Shown: piece by piece, positions 1-9,305 of the stretch
Numbering within the stretch: the stretch's first letter is position 1
How the letters are laid out: each line of letters starts with the position of its first letter
Source: Myxococcales bacterium
GTDB taxonomy: Bacteria > Myxococcota_A > Polyangia > JAAYKL01
Assembly (NCBI GenBank): GCA_012522445.1
Contig: JAAYKL010000109.1
Coordinates: 9,175 to 73,174 of the forward strand
DNA length: 64,000 bases
Reading direction: 5' to 3'
Translations under genes and position numbers: made by a program
Notes under the pieces: model-generated
Databases searched by the model: none
What the model saw: the letters and a program-made list of their open reading frames with translations, nothing else
Told to the model about the DNA's origin: nothing

Positions 1-1
1 C

Positions 2-520
2 ACCCCATTGGCCCAGCTCGAAGCCGCCATCGCGGGCACCGACATCGCCCCGCGCATGTGCGACGCCCACTACCAACAATGGACCCAACTGGCCGACCGC
101 ACCGTTAAATGCCGCATTGCGGGCTGCACCCACACCTGGACCTGGACGCGCGGCGCGCAACTCCACGACCAAGGCCGCAAGCTCGGTCCTCCCCGGCGCT
201 TGTGCGATCTCTGCAATGACGCCATCAAGGCGCTCTCGCCCATCGAATTGCCCTGCCGCAACGAGGGCTGCACCCACACGTGGACCTACACCCCCGAGAT
301 GCAGCTCGCCTCCCTGCGCAAGGGCTTCGACGCCAACACGCACCCCAGGCGCATGTGCCGCGACTGCGAGCGCTTTCTCACCGAGGCCCACACCCAGGAT
401 CTCACCTGCGAAAAATGCGGCTGCGACATCCTGTGGACCAAAAAACACCAACTCCATGTCCACCTGGGACAATGGGAAAAACCAACCCTCTGCACCGATT
501 GTCGCCGAGGCAACGACTAA
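2..520 (+). CDS. 5'-truncated protein with tandem zinc-ribbon (zf-trcl-like) repeats
   Basis: Frame is open to the window edge. Repeated units C-x2-4-C...W-T-(W/Y)-T...Q...P-x2-3-C-x2-C (CRIAGC..CDLC, CRNEGC..CRDC, CEKCG..CTDC). Confidence 0.65.
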   Translation, partial: TPLAQLEAAIAGTDIAPRMCDAHYQQWTQLADRTVKCRIAGCTHTWTWTRGAQLHDQGRKLGPPRRLCDLCNDAIKALSPIELPCRNEGCTHTWTYTPEMQLASLRKGFDANTHPRRMCRDCERFLTEAHTQDLTCEKCGCDILWTKKHQLHVHLGQWEKPTLCTDCRRGND

Positions 521-574
521 CCGCCACGCAGCGCCACGGCAAACCAACAAGACCACGCACCAAAGGAACACCCC

Positions 575-1777
575 GTGCCCCAACACACGCCTTACGATTT
601 TGACCGCATCATTGACCGCACCGGCACCTACGCCGAAAAATACGACGCCCGAAAGCGCATCTTCGGCAACGACACCGCCGAGCCCTTCTGGGTGGCCGAC
701 ATGGACCTGCCCACCCCCGCCTTTCTCGTCGACGCGCTGCACGCACGCGTCGCACATCCCATCTTTGGCTACACCGACGCCGACGCAGGCACATCCGCGG
801 CCATTCAGTGGTGGCTCGACAGCCAGCACGGCCTGCGCACCGAAAAGAGCTGGGTGCGCCTCTCCCCCTCCGTGGTCACTTCGATGAGCCACGCCATACA
901 AGTCCTCTCCCAACCAAACGACAGCGTGGTCTTTCTCTCCCCGGTGTACGGCCCCTTCTTCACCACTGTGCGCCAAAACGGCCGCCACCCCCTCGACGTC
1001 CCCTTGCACCCACAGCAAAATCGCTACGAAATCGACTTCGACGCCCTCGAAAGCGCCCTGGCCCGCCCCGACGCCACGCTCTTGCTCTTGTGCAATCCCC
1101 ACAATCCCGGTGGCCGCGTTTTTTCACGTGCCGAGCTCTCGGCCATGGTCGACCTGTGCCACAAACACAATGTCCATATTTTTAGCGATGAGATTCACTG
1201 CGACATCGTCTTTGCCCCGCATGCGCACACATCCATCTTGTCGATCGAGGCCGCGCACCCCATCAGCATCGTCGCCTTCTCCATCGGCAAGCTCTTCAAC
1301 ACCAGCGGGCTGAACGCCTCTTTTGCCCTCATCCCCAACCCAAAGCTGCGCGCACAATTTGTCTCGGCCACCCAACGGTCCCACTGCGCCGATATCAACC
1401 TCCTCGGCAAGGTGGCCCTAACGACGGCCATGAGCCCCCAAGGTGCCGAATACAAGCGCCAGCTCATCGCCTATCTCGCCGAAAACACGCAAGAGGTGCA
1501 CCGCATCCTCAGCGCCATCCCCGGTGTCTCTGTTATGCGTCCGGAAGCCACCTACTTGGTGTGGGGGGATTTTCGCGCCCTGGGCACGCCGACCCAAGTG
1601 GCCAAGCGACTCATCGACGACGCCCAGGTGTTGCTCTCTGGCGGCGCCTTCTTTGGGCAAAATGGCGACGGTTGGTTTCGCGCCAACTGCGCCCATCCCC
1701 GGCAACGCCTCTACCCCGCCATGGAGCGCGTTCTACAGGCGCTCGCGCCCGGCACTCGCCCCCACAGCGCACCGTAG
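575..1777 (+). CDS. patB: MalY/PatB family PLP-dependent cystathionine beta-lyase / C-S lyase
   Basis: WVADMD, LCNPHNPGGR, SDEIHCD, SIGKLFN (PLP Lys), PEATYLVW motifs. Confidence 0.9.
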   Translation: MPQHTPYDFDRIIDRTGTYAEKYDARKRIFGNDTAEPFWVADMDLPTPAFLVDALHARVAHPIFGYTDADAGTSAAIQWWLDSQHGLRTEKSWVRLSPSVVTSMSHAIQVLSQPNDSVVFLSPVYGPFFTTVRQNGRHPLDVPLHPQQNRYEIDFDALESALARPDATLLLLCNPHNPGGRVFSRAELSAMVDLCHKHNVHIFSDEIHCDIVFAPHAHTSILSIEAAHPISIVAFSIGKLFNTSGLNASFALIPNPKLRAQFVSATQRSHCADINLLGKVALTTAMSPQGAEYKRQLIAYLAENTQEVHRILSAIPGVSVMRPEATYLVWGDFRALGTPTQVAKRLIDDAQVLLSGGAFFGQNGDGWFRANCAHPRQRLYPAMERVLQALAPGTRPHSAP

Positions 1778-1794
1778 CGACGCGCGCAGCAAAA

Positions 1795-2574
1795 TTATTT
1801 TTGGATGGCTATCCAGGAACCCGTTCCCGGCATGGCAGGCGGAAAGTTGGAGATGATGTAATCGGCGCGGCGGTTGCGCAGCTCATCGACATTGTCCTTG
1901 GTGGGAACCGCCAAGGAGCTCTCGCCAAAGCCGCGGATAAAAATGGAGATTTTTTCTTTTTTGAGGCCGCCCTCCTGAAAATACCGCGCGATGGCCCGGG
2001 CGCGATCGAGCGACAGTTGCGCGTTGTCGGCAGCGCTGCCAACGGTGTCGGTGTGGCCGGCGATATACAGGCTGTAGGTAAGCTGGGTGGAAAAACGCTG
2101 AAATTTTCGGAGCATCTCGACAATCAGCGGCAATGCGGCGTCGAGCTTGGGCGCCTCAGAGGGTCGAATTTCAGATTTGCCCGATTCAAACACCACCTCT
2201 TCGTGGGGAATTAAGCCATAGAAATGGACAATTTCAAACGACGCCCAGTACTCGTTCACGTCGGTGACCTTCAGCTCAATGCGGAAGTTGTCGGGGTCAC
2301 CGCTCAAAAAAGGCCACGAAATCGAAAGCCTTTTGCCGGCCGCGGCGCCTTGGTAGGTTTCGATTTGTTCTCCCACCAGGTTGCCGTCTAAATCATACGC
2401 TTTGAGCTCAGCGGTCTCTGCGGGCTTGTTCAACTTGAAATAAATGGTGCGATTGGCCAAGTCGACGTCGCTGCGACCAATGGAAATTTTGAGGCCCGCC
2501 TTTTGGGCTTCGGCCACGCCGCAAAACGCCAGCCCCATTAGGGCCGTCAGCAAAAGAACCGATAAACGACGCAT
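1795..2574 (-). CDS. Secreted OmpA-family (peptidoglycan-binding) protein
   Basis: Signal peptide MRRLSVLLL..AEA. OmpA motifs GHTDTVG, NAQLSLDRA, GFGE, NRRA. GAGGAG RBS ahead of ATG 2574. Confidence 0.85.
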   Translation of the reverse strand: MRRLSVLLLTALMGLAFCGVAEAQKAGLKISIGRSDVDLANRTIYFKLNKPAETAELKAYDLDGNLVGEQIETYQGAAAGKRLSISWPFLSGDPDNFRIELKVTDVNEYWASFEIVHFYGLIPHEEVVFESGKSEIRPSEAPKLDAALPLIVEMLRKFQRFSTQLTYSLYIAGHTDTVGSAADNAQLSLDRARAIARYFQEGGLKKEKISIFIRGFGESSLAVPTKDNVDELRNRRADYIISNFPPAMPGTGSWIAIQK

Positions 2575-2670
2575 GACATCCTCCTCATCAATTCGGAAAA
2601 CAATGTTTGGCCGCTCCCCTAGCAGCAAACACGCGGTTTTCATTCAGGACGAACTATACCCTGCCCTGAT

Positions 2671-3606
2671 TCATTGTGGCTCTTCAAATCGAAAAAAAAA
2701 GCCCGTGGAAGCCACGAAGTTGAAATCGCCAAAATCAATGCCGCGCGCGCGAAACGAAATTTGCCGCACCCGCGAGAGCGTCATCTCAAAATCGCTGCGC
2801 GAGCCACCGCCCGCCCCCATGCGCCGGGTCACATCCGGTGCAAACGTGTACGCGCCATCGTCGCGCATGCGGCAAACCATGTGCCAAGCCAAGCCCATGC
2901 TCGACCAGCGAATGCGCGCAATGACTTCATCGCCATAACCCGGCCCTTCCCAAGTCAACTCCAGGGGTTGTCCCGCTGCGGACACGGGTACCTGGTCGCC
3001 GGGAGAGATCGCATTCACGCGCACGTCCCCCAAATCCTCAGGCGCCTCCAGCAACACCTCAAAGCCCGCCACTTCATCTGTTCCCATGGCGCGTATGGCA
3101 TAATTTTTCCCGGGCCAAAACGCCAAACCATCCCGGTGACTGGCCGTGTACATCACGCCGTCCACCACCTGCATCAAATCCGGAAACGTGCGCGTCGGAA
3201 TCCCCACGCGCTGCCGGCCCTGAATGAGAAACATGTCTCCGGCATCCAGCAAGGAGATGCGCGCCGCCTTCTGGGGGGTGTCCTGGGTCAAGCTCACGAA
3301 CGCAGGCTCCGGCACGGAGCACTGATCCATGGGCAAGTCCACATCGGGCACGTGGGCGTCCAAAATGCTGTCCAGCGGTGGATTGTCTTTTGTGTAATAC
3401 GCGGGAAACACCGCCATAAAAGAGAACTGCGCAATGGGGTTGGGGTTGTCGGGCGACAAGAACCGCTGCGCGATCGCTGACATGGCGCCTTGCCGGGTTA
3501 GGGTCTTCGGCGATGCGTCCGTATCAACGGGGGTGGGAGGGGAAGAGCAAGCCAGGAAAAAAAGAACAACGCAGACCCACGCCAAACGGTTAGGACTGCG
3601 GTTCAT
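2671..3606 (-). CDS. Hypothetical lipoprotein
   Basis: MNRSPNRLAWVCVVLFFLAC lipobox. Start overlaps the end of the upstream gene. Confidence 0.7.
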   Translation of the reverse strand: MNRSPNRLAWVCVVLFFLACSSPPTPVDTDASPKTLTRQGAMSAIAQRFLSPDNPNPIAQFSFMAVFPAYYTKDNPPLDSILDAHVPDVDLPMDQCSVPEPAFVSLTQDTPQKAARISLLDAGDMFLIQGRQRVGIPTRTFPDLMQVVDGVMYTASHRDGLAFWPGKNYAIRAMGTDEVAGFEVLLEAPEDLGDVRVNAISPGDQVPVSAAGQPLELTWEGPGYGDEVIARIRWSSMGLAWHMVCRMRDDGAYTFAPDVTRRMGAGGGSRSDFEMTLSRVRQISFRARGIDFGDFNFVASTGFFFRFEEPQ

Positions 3607-4192
3607 CGTCCTCAATGGGCAGGGTTTCCACTTCCATGGTTCCGGTTTCGATGCTGAGTTCACCGGTGTCAAATCCCACCACTTCGGCCTCTGGTGCCAC
3701 TTCCTCCACAGCGTCCACTGCGACAGCCTCTTCGAGGTCTGTCTCTGCGCCATTCACGGCCGCCAATACAGCGTCGCTTTCGACTTCGTCCGCTGCTGCC
3801 GCATCCGGTGTGTCCTCAATGGATTCCAACAGCTCCTCTGCCGCGATATCCTCGGCCATCTCTGCCGCGACATCTTCACCGCCAACGCCCTCTGCATCGG
3901 TCGGCGCTGCCAGCTCGTCAGCCAGCTCGTCAACCAGCTCGTCAGCCACCGCATCAGCCGCCACGTCGATCATCGCGTCCGCATCGGTTATCTCTTCCAG
4001 CATGTCGGCAGACTCCAACACGTCGGCAGACTCCAGCACATCATCCGCAGGAATTTCTTCGAGCGCAGTCAGCCCTTCTTCCTGTACAGCGTCCGCCTCG
4101 GGGCTCAGTTGTGCCCTCGCCGCTTGTGACGGCGCCGGTCGGCCATTTTGTTTCCAGTGCTCGATGCGTTCAATCAGCTCTTGCAGATCCAT
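3590..4192 (-). CDS. Highly acidic low-complexity protein with short N-terminal helix
   Basis: CAGGAG RBS before ATG 4192. MDLQELIERIEHWKQ followed by a D/E/A/V-rich tract. Confidence 0.7.
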   Translation of the reverse strand: MDLQELIERIEHWKQNGRPAPSQAARAQLSPEADAVQEEGLTALEEIPADDVLESADVLESADMLEEITDADAMIDVAADAVADELVDELADELAAPTDAEGVGGEDVAAEMAEDIAAEELLESIEDTPDAAAADEVESDAVLAAVNGAETDLEEAVAVDAVEEVAPEAEVVGFDTGELSIETGTMEVETLPIEDDEPQS

Positions 4193-4300
4193 GTTTTTCT
4201 CCTGCAACGGGTTAAGGGTTCTGTTGGCATTGAAACCACGCCCATTCTACAGTATTTTAAAAACAGCATTCAAGTATTTTCAATACAAGGGACAAAAAGC

Positions 4301-4342
4301 TTGACCATCCGTATCAAACCCAATACGTATCAGAAATGATTC
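4301..4342 (+). promoter_or_regulatory. Putative sigma70 promoter with two tandem 16-bp imperfect palindromes (candidate XRE operators)
   Basis: TTGACC at 4301. GTATCAAACCCAATAC (4311-4326) and GTATCAGAAATGATTC (4327-4342) overlap the -10 region and ATG 4336. Confidence 0.4.
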
Positions 4343-4650
4343 AAAACGCACCCAATGCCAGCCATTCCCCAGACCCTTTAGGCCTATCTTCGTTCAAAAC
4401 ACTCATCAAAGAGCTGCATCGGCAAACCCAACATCGCCACGCTGCCGATCCCGCGGTCCGAGCATGTGCGGACATCGCCAAACAAATGGACGCTCACCTA
4501 CAAAAATTGGAAAATCGATACAACGCCTGGAAAGATCGCTACGTGCTGCTCAAACGGGCCAACGCGGTGCTGGTAGATGAAGTCTCCTGGCTCCGCGATC
4601 AACTCGACGACCTTTTTGCCGAAACCCAAGACATTGACGATGTCAAATAA
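4336..4650 (+). CDS. Small hypothetical coiled-coil protein
   Basis: 104-aa ORF with heptad-like C-terminal half. Overlaps the start of the downstream XRE gene. Confidence 0.55.
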   Translation: MIQNAPNASHSPDPLGLSSFKTLIKELHRQTQHRHAADPAVRACADIAKQMDAHLQKLENRYNAWKDRYVLLKRANAVLVDEVSWLRDQLDDLFAETQDIDDVK

Positions 4651-5137
4651 CCCGCGAAAACAAAAATCGCTTTGGCTCTTTGGCGCCCACGCCAACGCAG
4701 AATGCCAGCGGCATCTGGCCAATGCCGAAGCGCATATCCACCAAATCCGCGCGCTGGAGCACGAGCTGGACATCGCATTCTTTCAACAAAGCATTCGCGT
4801 CAATGCCCCTTCCCCACCGCTGTTTTTCTCATCTACTACTGCGCCCACTCCCGACGCTCCCCGCCCGGGAACCGAGCCCCCAACCCCACCAACAACGGCC
4901 AGCCATAGGGAGGACATCACCCCCGAAACCCTCGGCAACCGGCTGCGCACCTGCCGCGAACAAGCGGGCATGACCCAACAAGAGCTGGCCAACACCACCG
5001 GCATTCGCCGGCCCAACATCGCACGCCTGGAGCGCGGCGCCAACTTCCCCAACATCGCCACCCTCCAACGCATCGCCGTGGCCCTCTCCATTTCTTTGGC
5101 CGAACTGTTGGACGACAACGAGCGCCCTCATTCGTGA
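4640..5137 (+). CDS. XRE-family HTH transcriptional regulator (C-terminal HTH)
   Basis: LGNRLRTCREQAGMTQQELANTTGIRRPNIARLERG..PNIATLQRIA. Confidence 0.85.
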   Translation: MSNNPRKQKSLWLFGAHANAECQRHLANAEAHIHQIRALEHELDIAFFQQSIRVNAPSPPLFFSSTTAPTPDAPRPGTEPPTPPTTASHREDITPETLGNRLRTCREQAGMTQQELANTTGIRRPNIARLERGANFPNIATLQRIAVALSISLAELLDDNERPHS

Positions 5138-7725
5138 TCGGCGCGATGTGTGATACGCCACACAAAATCGCCAGCGGAATCGCAATCCAAATCGATTTGA
5201 TCGCCGTCGTAGATTTCGCCCCCGATTAACTTCTCAGCAGCCGGCTCCAACACAACCTCTTGTATGAAACGCTTGAGGGGGCGCGCGCCAAAGGCCGGAT
5301 CCCAGCCCGCCGCCACGACAGCATCGACCGCCGCCTCGCTCAGTTGCAACGAGATGTTTCGCTGGGCCAAACGCTTGTCCACGTCTCGCATGGAGATGGC
5401 CACAATTTGTTTCAAGTGCTCTTTCGACAGCGACGCAAACGGAATAATGCCCTGGATGCGGTTAATGAACTCGGGGCGGAAGACGCGCTTCATGGCCTCG
5501 CTCACCACGGCGCTGCGTTCGGCGCCATCTTGGGTGTCCACCAGCAAATCGCTGCCCACATTGCTCGTCATAATCATCAATGTATTGCGGAAATCCACTG
5601 TGCGCCCCTGGCCATCCGTTAAACGGCCATCATCCATCACCTGCAACAACACGTTGAACACTTCTGGGTGCGCCTTTTCGATCTCGTCGAGCAACACCAC
5701 GCTATACGGACGGCGCCGCACCTTTTCGGTCAACTGTCCCCCTTCTTCATACCCGATATACCCCGGAGGGGCGCCGATCAGCCGCGCCACCGCATGTTTT
5801 TCCATGTATTCGCTCATGTCGATTCGTATCATATTTGATTCGTCATCAAACAAAAACTCCGCCACGGCGCGCGCCAACTCGGTTTTTCCCACCCCGGTGG
5901 GCCCCACAAACATAAAAGTCCCTATGGGGCGGTTGGGATCGTTCAAGCCCGCACGTGACACCCGCACGGCCCGAGAAATCCGTGAAACGGCCTCGTCCTG
6001 CCCCACAACACGCGTCTTCAGGCGCTCTTCCATGTGCAACAACCGTTGGCTCTCCGATTCGAGCATCTTGGACACTGGAATTCCCGTCCAACGCGACACC
6101 ACATCCGCAATGTCTTCCTCGGTGACCTCTTCGCGCAAAAACCCATGGCCCTTTTCTGCCACAGCGGCCATTTCGGTAGAGATATCGGCCTGTTCTTTTT
6201 CGAGCCCAGGAATGGTGCCATAGCTGATTTCGGCGGCCCTTTCATATTCGCCGGCGCGTTGTGCATGGGCGGCCTCTGTCTTTAAACCGTCGATTTGCAC
6301 CTGAATTTCACGGCGGCGCACCAACAGATCCCGTTGTCGCGTCCAGTGAGCGCGCAGCGTATTGATCTCTTCTTTTAGCGCGGCAATTTCTCCGTCCAGG
6401 GCGCCCAAACGCGCGGTAGCCGCCTCTGTGTTTTCCAATTTCATCGCCTGTCGCTCAATTTCGAGCCGCGTCAATTTGCGCTGCAAATCATCGATGGGCG
6501 TGGGAATGGACTCGCTCTCCATCTTGAGCCGGCTGGCGGCCTCATCCATTAAATCGATGGCTTTGTCGGGCAAAAACCGGTCGGATACATAGCGATGTGA
6601 CAAACCCGCGGCCGCGACCAACGCAGCGTCCAAAATGCGGATGCCGTGGTGCAATTCATATTTTTCTTTGATACCGCGCAAAATATCAATGCTGTCTTCC
6701 ACCGTGGGTTCGCCGACCAACACGGGCTGAAAACGCCGCTCCAGCGCCTTGTCTTTCTCAATGTGTTTTCGATACTCATTTAATGTGGTGGCGCCGATGC
6801 ACCGCAATTCCCCGCGCGCCAAGGCGGGCTTGAGCAAGTTGGCCGCATCCTGAGAGCCCTCGGCCGCGCCGGCACCAACAATGGTGTGCAGCTCGTCGAT
6901 AAACAAAATCACCTCTCCATCACGGCCGATGACTTCCTTCATCACGGCCTTGAGGCGCTCCTCAAACTCTCCGCGGTACTTGGCCCCAGCCACCAAGGCC
7001 CCCATATCCAGCAACAACACGCTCTTCCCCTTGAGGCTATCGGGCACATCACCATTGATAATGCGCGCGGCGATCCCGTCGACAATGGCTGTCTTGCCCA
7101 CCCCTGGCTCCCCGATCAATACTGGGTTGTTCTTGGTGCGGCGCGACAAGACCTGCATGGTTCGCCGAATTTCCGCATCGCGGCCAATCACGGGATCGAG
7201 CCGACCGCGCTGGGCCAGCTCCGTCAAATTGATACAATACTTCTCCAAGGCGCGAAATTTGCTGTCCGGATCTTCATCGGCGACCCGTTGGTGCCCGCGC
7301 ACATCTTGCAATGCCAGCATCAATTTATCATCATTGATACCATTTCGAGACAAAATTTGCCCCGATTCCGCGGTGCGGTGGCCCAACATCGCCAATAACA
7401 GGTGCTCCGCAGAGACGTATTCGTCCTTCATTTGCGCCGCAGTGCGCACCGCATCGTTCAACACATCCCGCAAAACAGCCGCCGCATATACGGTCCCGCC
7501 TTGCACAGAGGGCTGTTTGGAGAGTGCGACACCAACATCTGCCTGCAACCGCTCGAGAGACGCGCCCGCACGCGCCAACAATGGCTGTGAAAGCCCCTCA
7601 TCTTGTCCCAACAGTGCCTGCAGCAAATGGATATCGTTGATTTCGGGGTGCCGGGCTTGCGTTGCCAGCATTTCGGCGTCGCGCAGCGCTTCTTTGGACT
7701 TTACCGTAAACTTATCGAGATTCAT
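5128..7725 (-). CDS. clpB: ATP-dependent chaperone ClpB
   Basis: N-domain, NBD1 GEPGVGKT, coiled-coil M domain, NBD2 [31 protein letters not shown]. Confidence 0.97.
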   Translation of the reverse strand: MNLDKFTVKSKEALRDAEMLATQARHPEINDIHLLQALLGQDEGLSQPLLARAGASLERLQADVGVALSKQPSVQGGTVYAAAVLRDVLNDAVRTAAQMKDEYVSAEHLLLAMLGHRTAESGQILSRNGINDDKLMLALQDVRGHQRVADEDPDSKFRALEKYCINLTELAQRGRLDPVIGRDAEIRRTMQVLSRRTKNNPVLIGEPGVGKTAIVDGIAARIINGDVPDSLKGKSVLLLDMGALVAGAKYRGEFEERLKAVMKEVIGRDGEVILFIDELHTIVGAGAAEGSQDAANLLKPALARGELRCIGATTLNEYRKHIEKDKALERRFQPVLVGEPTVEDSIDILRGIKEKYELHHGIRILDAALVAAAGLSHRYVSDRFLPDKAIDLMDEAASRLKMESESIPTPIDDLQRKLTRLEIERQAMKLENTEAATARLGALDGEIAALKEEINTLRAHWTRQRDLLVRRREIQVQIDGLKTEAAHAQRAGEYERAAEISYGTIPGLEKEQADISTEMAAVAEKGHGFLREEVTEEDIADVVSRWTGIPVSKMLESESQRLLHMEERLKTRVVGQDEAVSRISRAVRVSRAGLNDPNRPIGTFMFVGPTGVGKTELARAVAEFLFDDESNMIRIDMSEYMEKHAVARLIGAPPGYIGYEEGGQLTEKVRRRPYSVVLLDEIEKAHPEVFNVLLQVMDDGRLTDGQGRTVDFRNTLMIMTSNVGSDLLVDTQDGAERSAVVSEAMKRVFRPEFINRIQGIIPFASLSKEHLKQIVAISMRDVDKRLAQRNISLQLSEAAVDAVVAAGWDPAFGARPLKRFIQEVVLEPAAEKLIGGEIYDGDQIDLDCDSAGDFVWRITHRADHE

Positions 7726-7775
7726 CGCCATCCTTCTTTTCGCTACATCATGGGTGACGTTCCCATAACGCCGAC

Positions 7776-7804
7776 AAGGTAGGCGCCGATGAAATGAGGT
7801 CAAG
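7776..7804 (-). promoter_or_regulatory. Putative clpB promoter (sigma70- or RpoH-like)
   Basis: Minus strand CTTGACC-N14-CCTACCTT, which also reads TTGACC-N16-TACCTT. Confidence 0.35.
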
Positions 7805-7830
7805 CGCGCGGCCCAAGAAGGCCCGTGTGG

Positions 7831-8628
7831 CTATTTTTTGAGCAAGAACTGATCGATGCCGACAACGCGCAAAATGGACTTCCCTTGGGCTTTGCGCATT
7901 TCATTGCGAGATGCCAAGTATTCCATAATCAACGGAAACGCCTCGGCGGTGTTGCGGTTGGTGTCGTGCAACAAAAAAATGCCGCCCTCGGGGTTTTCGT
8001 CGATGAGCTGCTGGGCCCGAGACACCAATTGGCGCACGGTGGTGGCCTGCCAGTCCAGGGAGTCGAGATTCCACATCACCACGGTCAACCCCTCCGCCGA
8101 GAGGCGCGACAGGGTTTCGGACGAGACACGGCCAAAAGGAGGGCGAAACAACCGGACCGGGCGGCCCGTAATGCCTTGAATTTGCGTGCCCATGGCGCTG
8201 ACCTCGGACTTCCAGCCCGCATCGTCCAGCGCGGTAATGTCTTGGTGAGAAAACGTGTGGCTGCCGATGAAATGGCCGCGGCGATAAATGTCGCGCAGCA
8301 CCGCTTGGTTTTCTTCTCCCCCAGCGGTTCTCCCGTGAAAGCGGGCGCCATTGACAAAAAATGTCCCTTTCACGCCATAGCGGTCTAGCTGATCGAGCAA
8401 CACCGGAGTCGTGCGGTGATCTGGGCCGTCATCAAACGTGAAAGTGATGCATCCCGGGGCCTCTCCCCCGCGCAGCACACGGGCCGTAGCCGGAAAAAAA
8501 GCCTCCAGTCGGTTGCCATCTGCTGGTTTGATTTTGTACTGCAGGTCGGAAAGCGAACCCAGGGCGTGCAAGCCCATGGGCGCCACCACCGCCAAGAAAA
8601 GTAACAGAAAACCCAGCGTACGTCGCAC
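7831..8628 (-). CDS. Polysaccharide deacetylase (CE4/NodB family), secreted
   Basis: TFDDGP, HTFSH, FRPPFG, DSLDW, LLHD motifs. N-terminal signal sequence. Confidence 0.9.
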   Translation of the reverse strand: MRRTLGFLLLFLAVVAPMGLHALGSLSDLQYKIKPADGNRLEAFFPATARVLRGGEAPGCITFTFDDGPDHRTTPVLLDQLDRYGVKGTFFVNGARFHGRTAGGEENQAVLRDIYRRGHFIGSHTFSHQDITALDDAGWKSEVSAMGTQIQGITGRPVRLFRPPFGRVSSETLSRLSAEGLTVVMWNLDSLDWQATTVRQLVSRAQQLIDENPEGGIFLLHDTNRNTAEAFPLIMEYLASRNEMRKAQGKSILRVVGIDQFLLKK

Positions 8629-8639
8629 AATACACCCAA

Positions 8640-9167
<528 letters not shown>

Positions 9168-9305
9168 TGTTTGTCCTTTTTTCCGTGTTGTGCGCCCCAT
9201 CGCCACGGCAATGAAGGCGCAGCAGTGTTATCATTAATTATACATACCAATTTGGTCGGGTGAACACATGTCAAGTCATAGCACAAATTGCGCGGGCTTT
9301 CTCCT

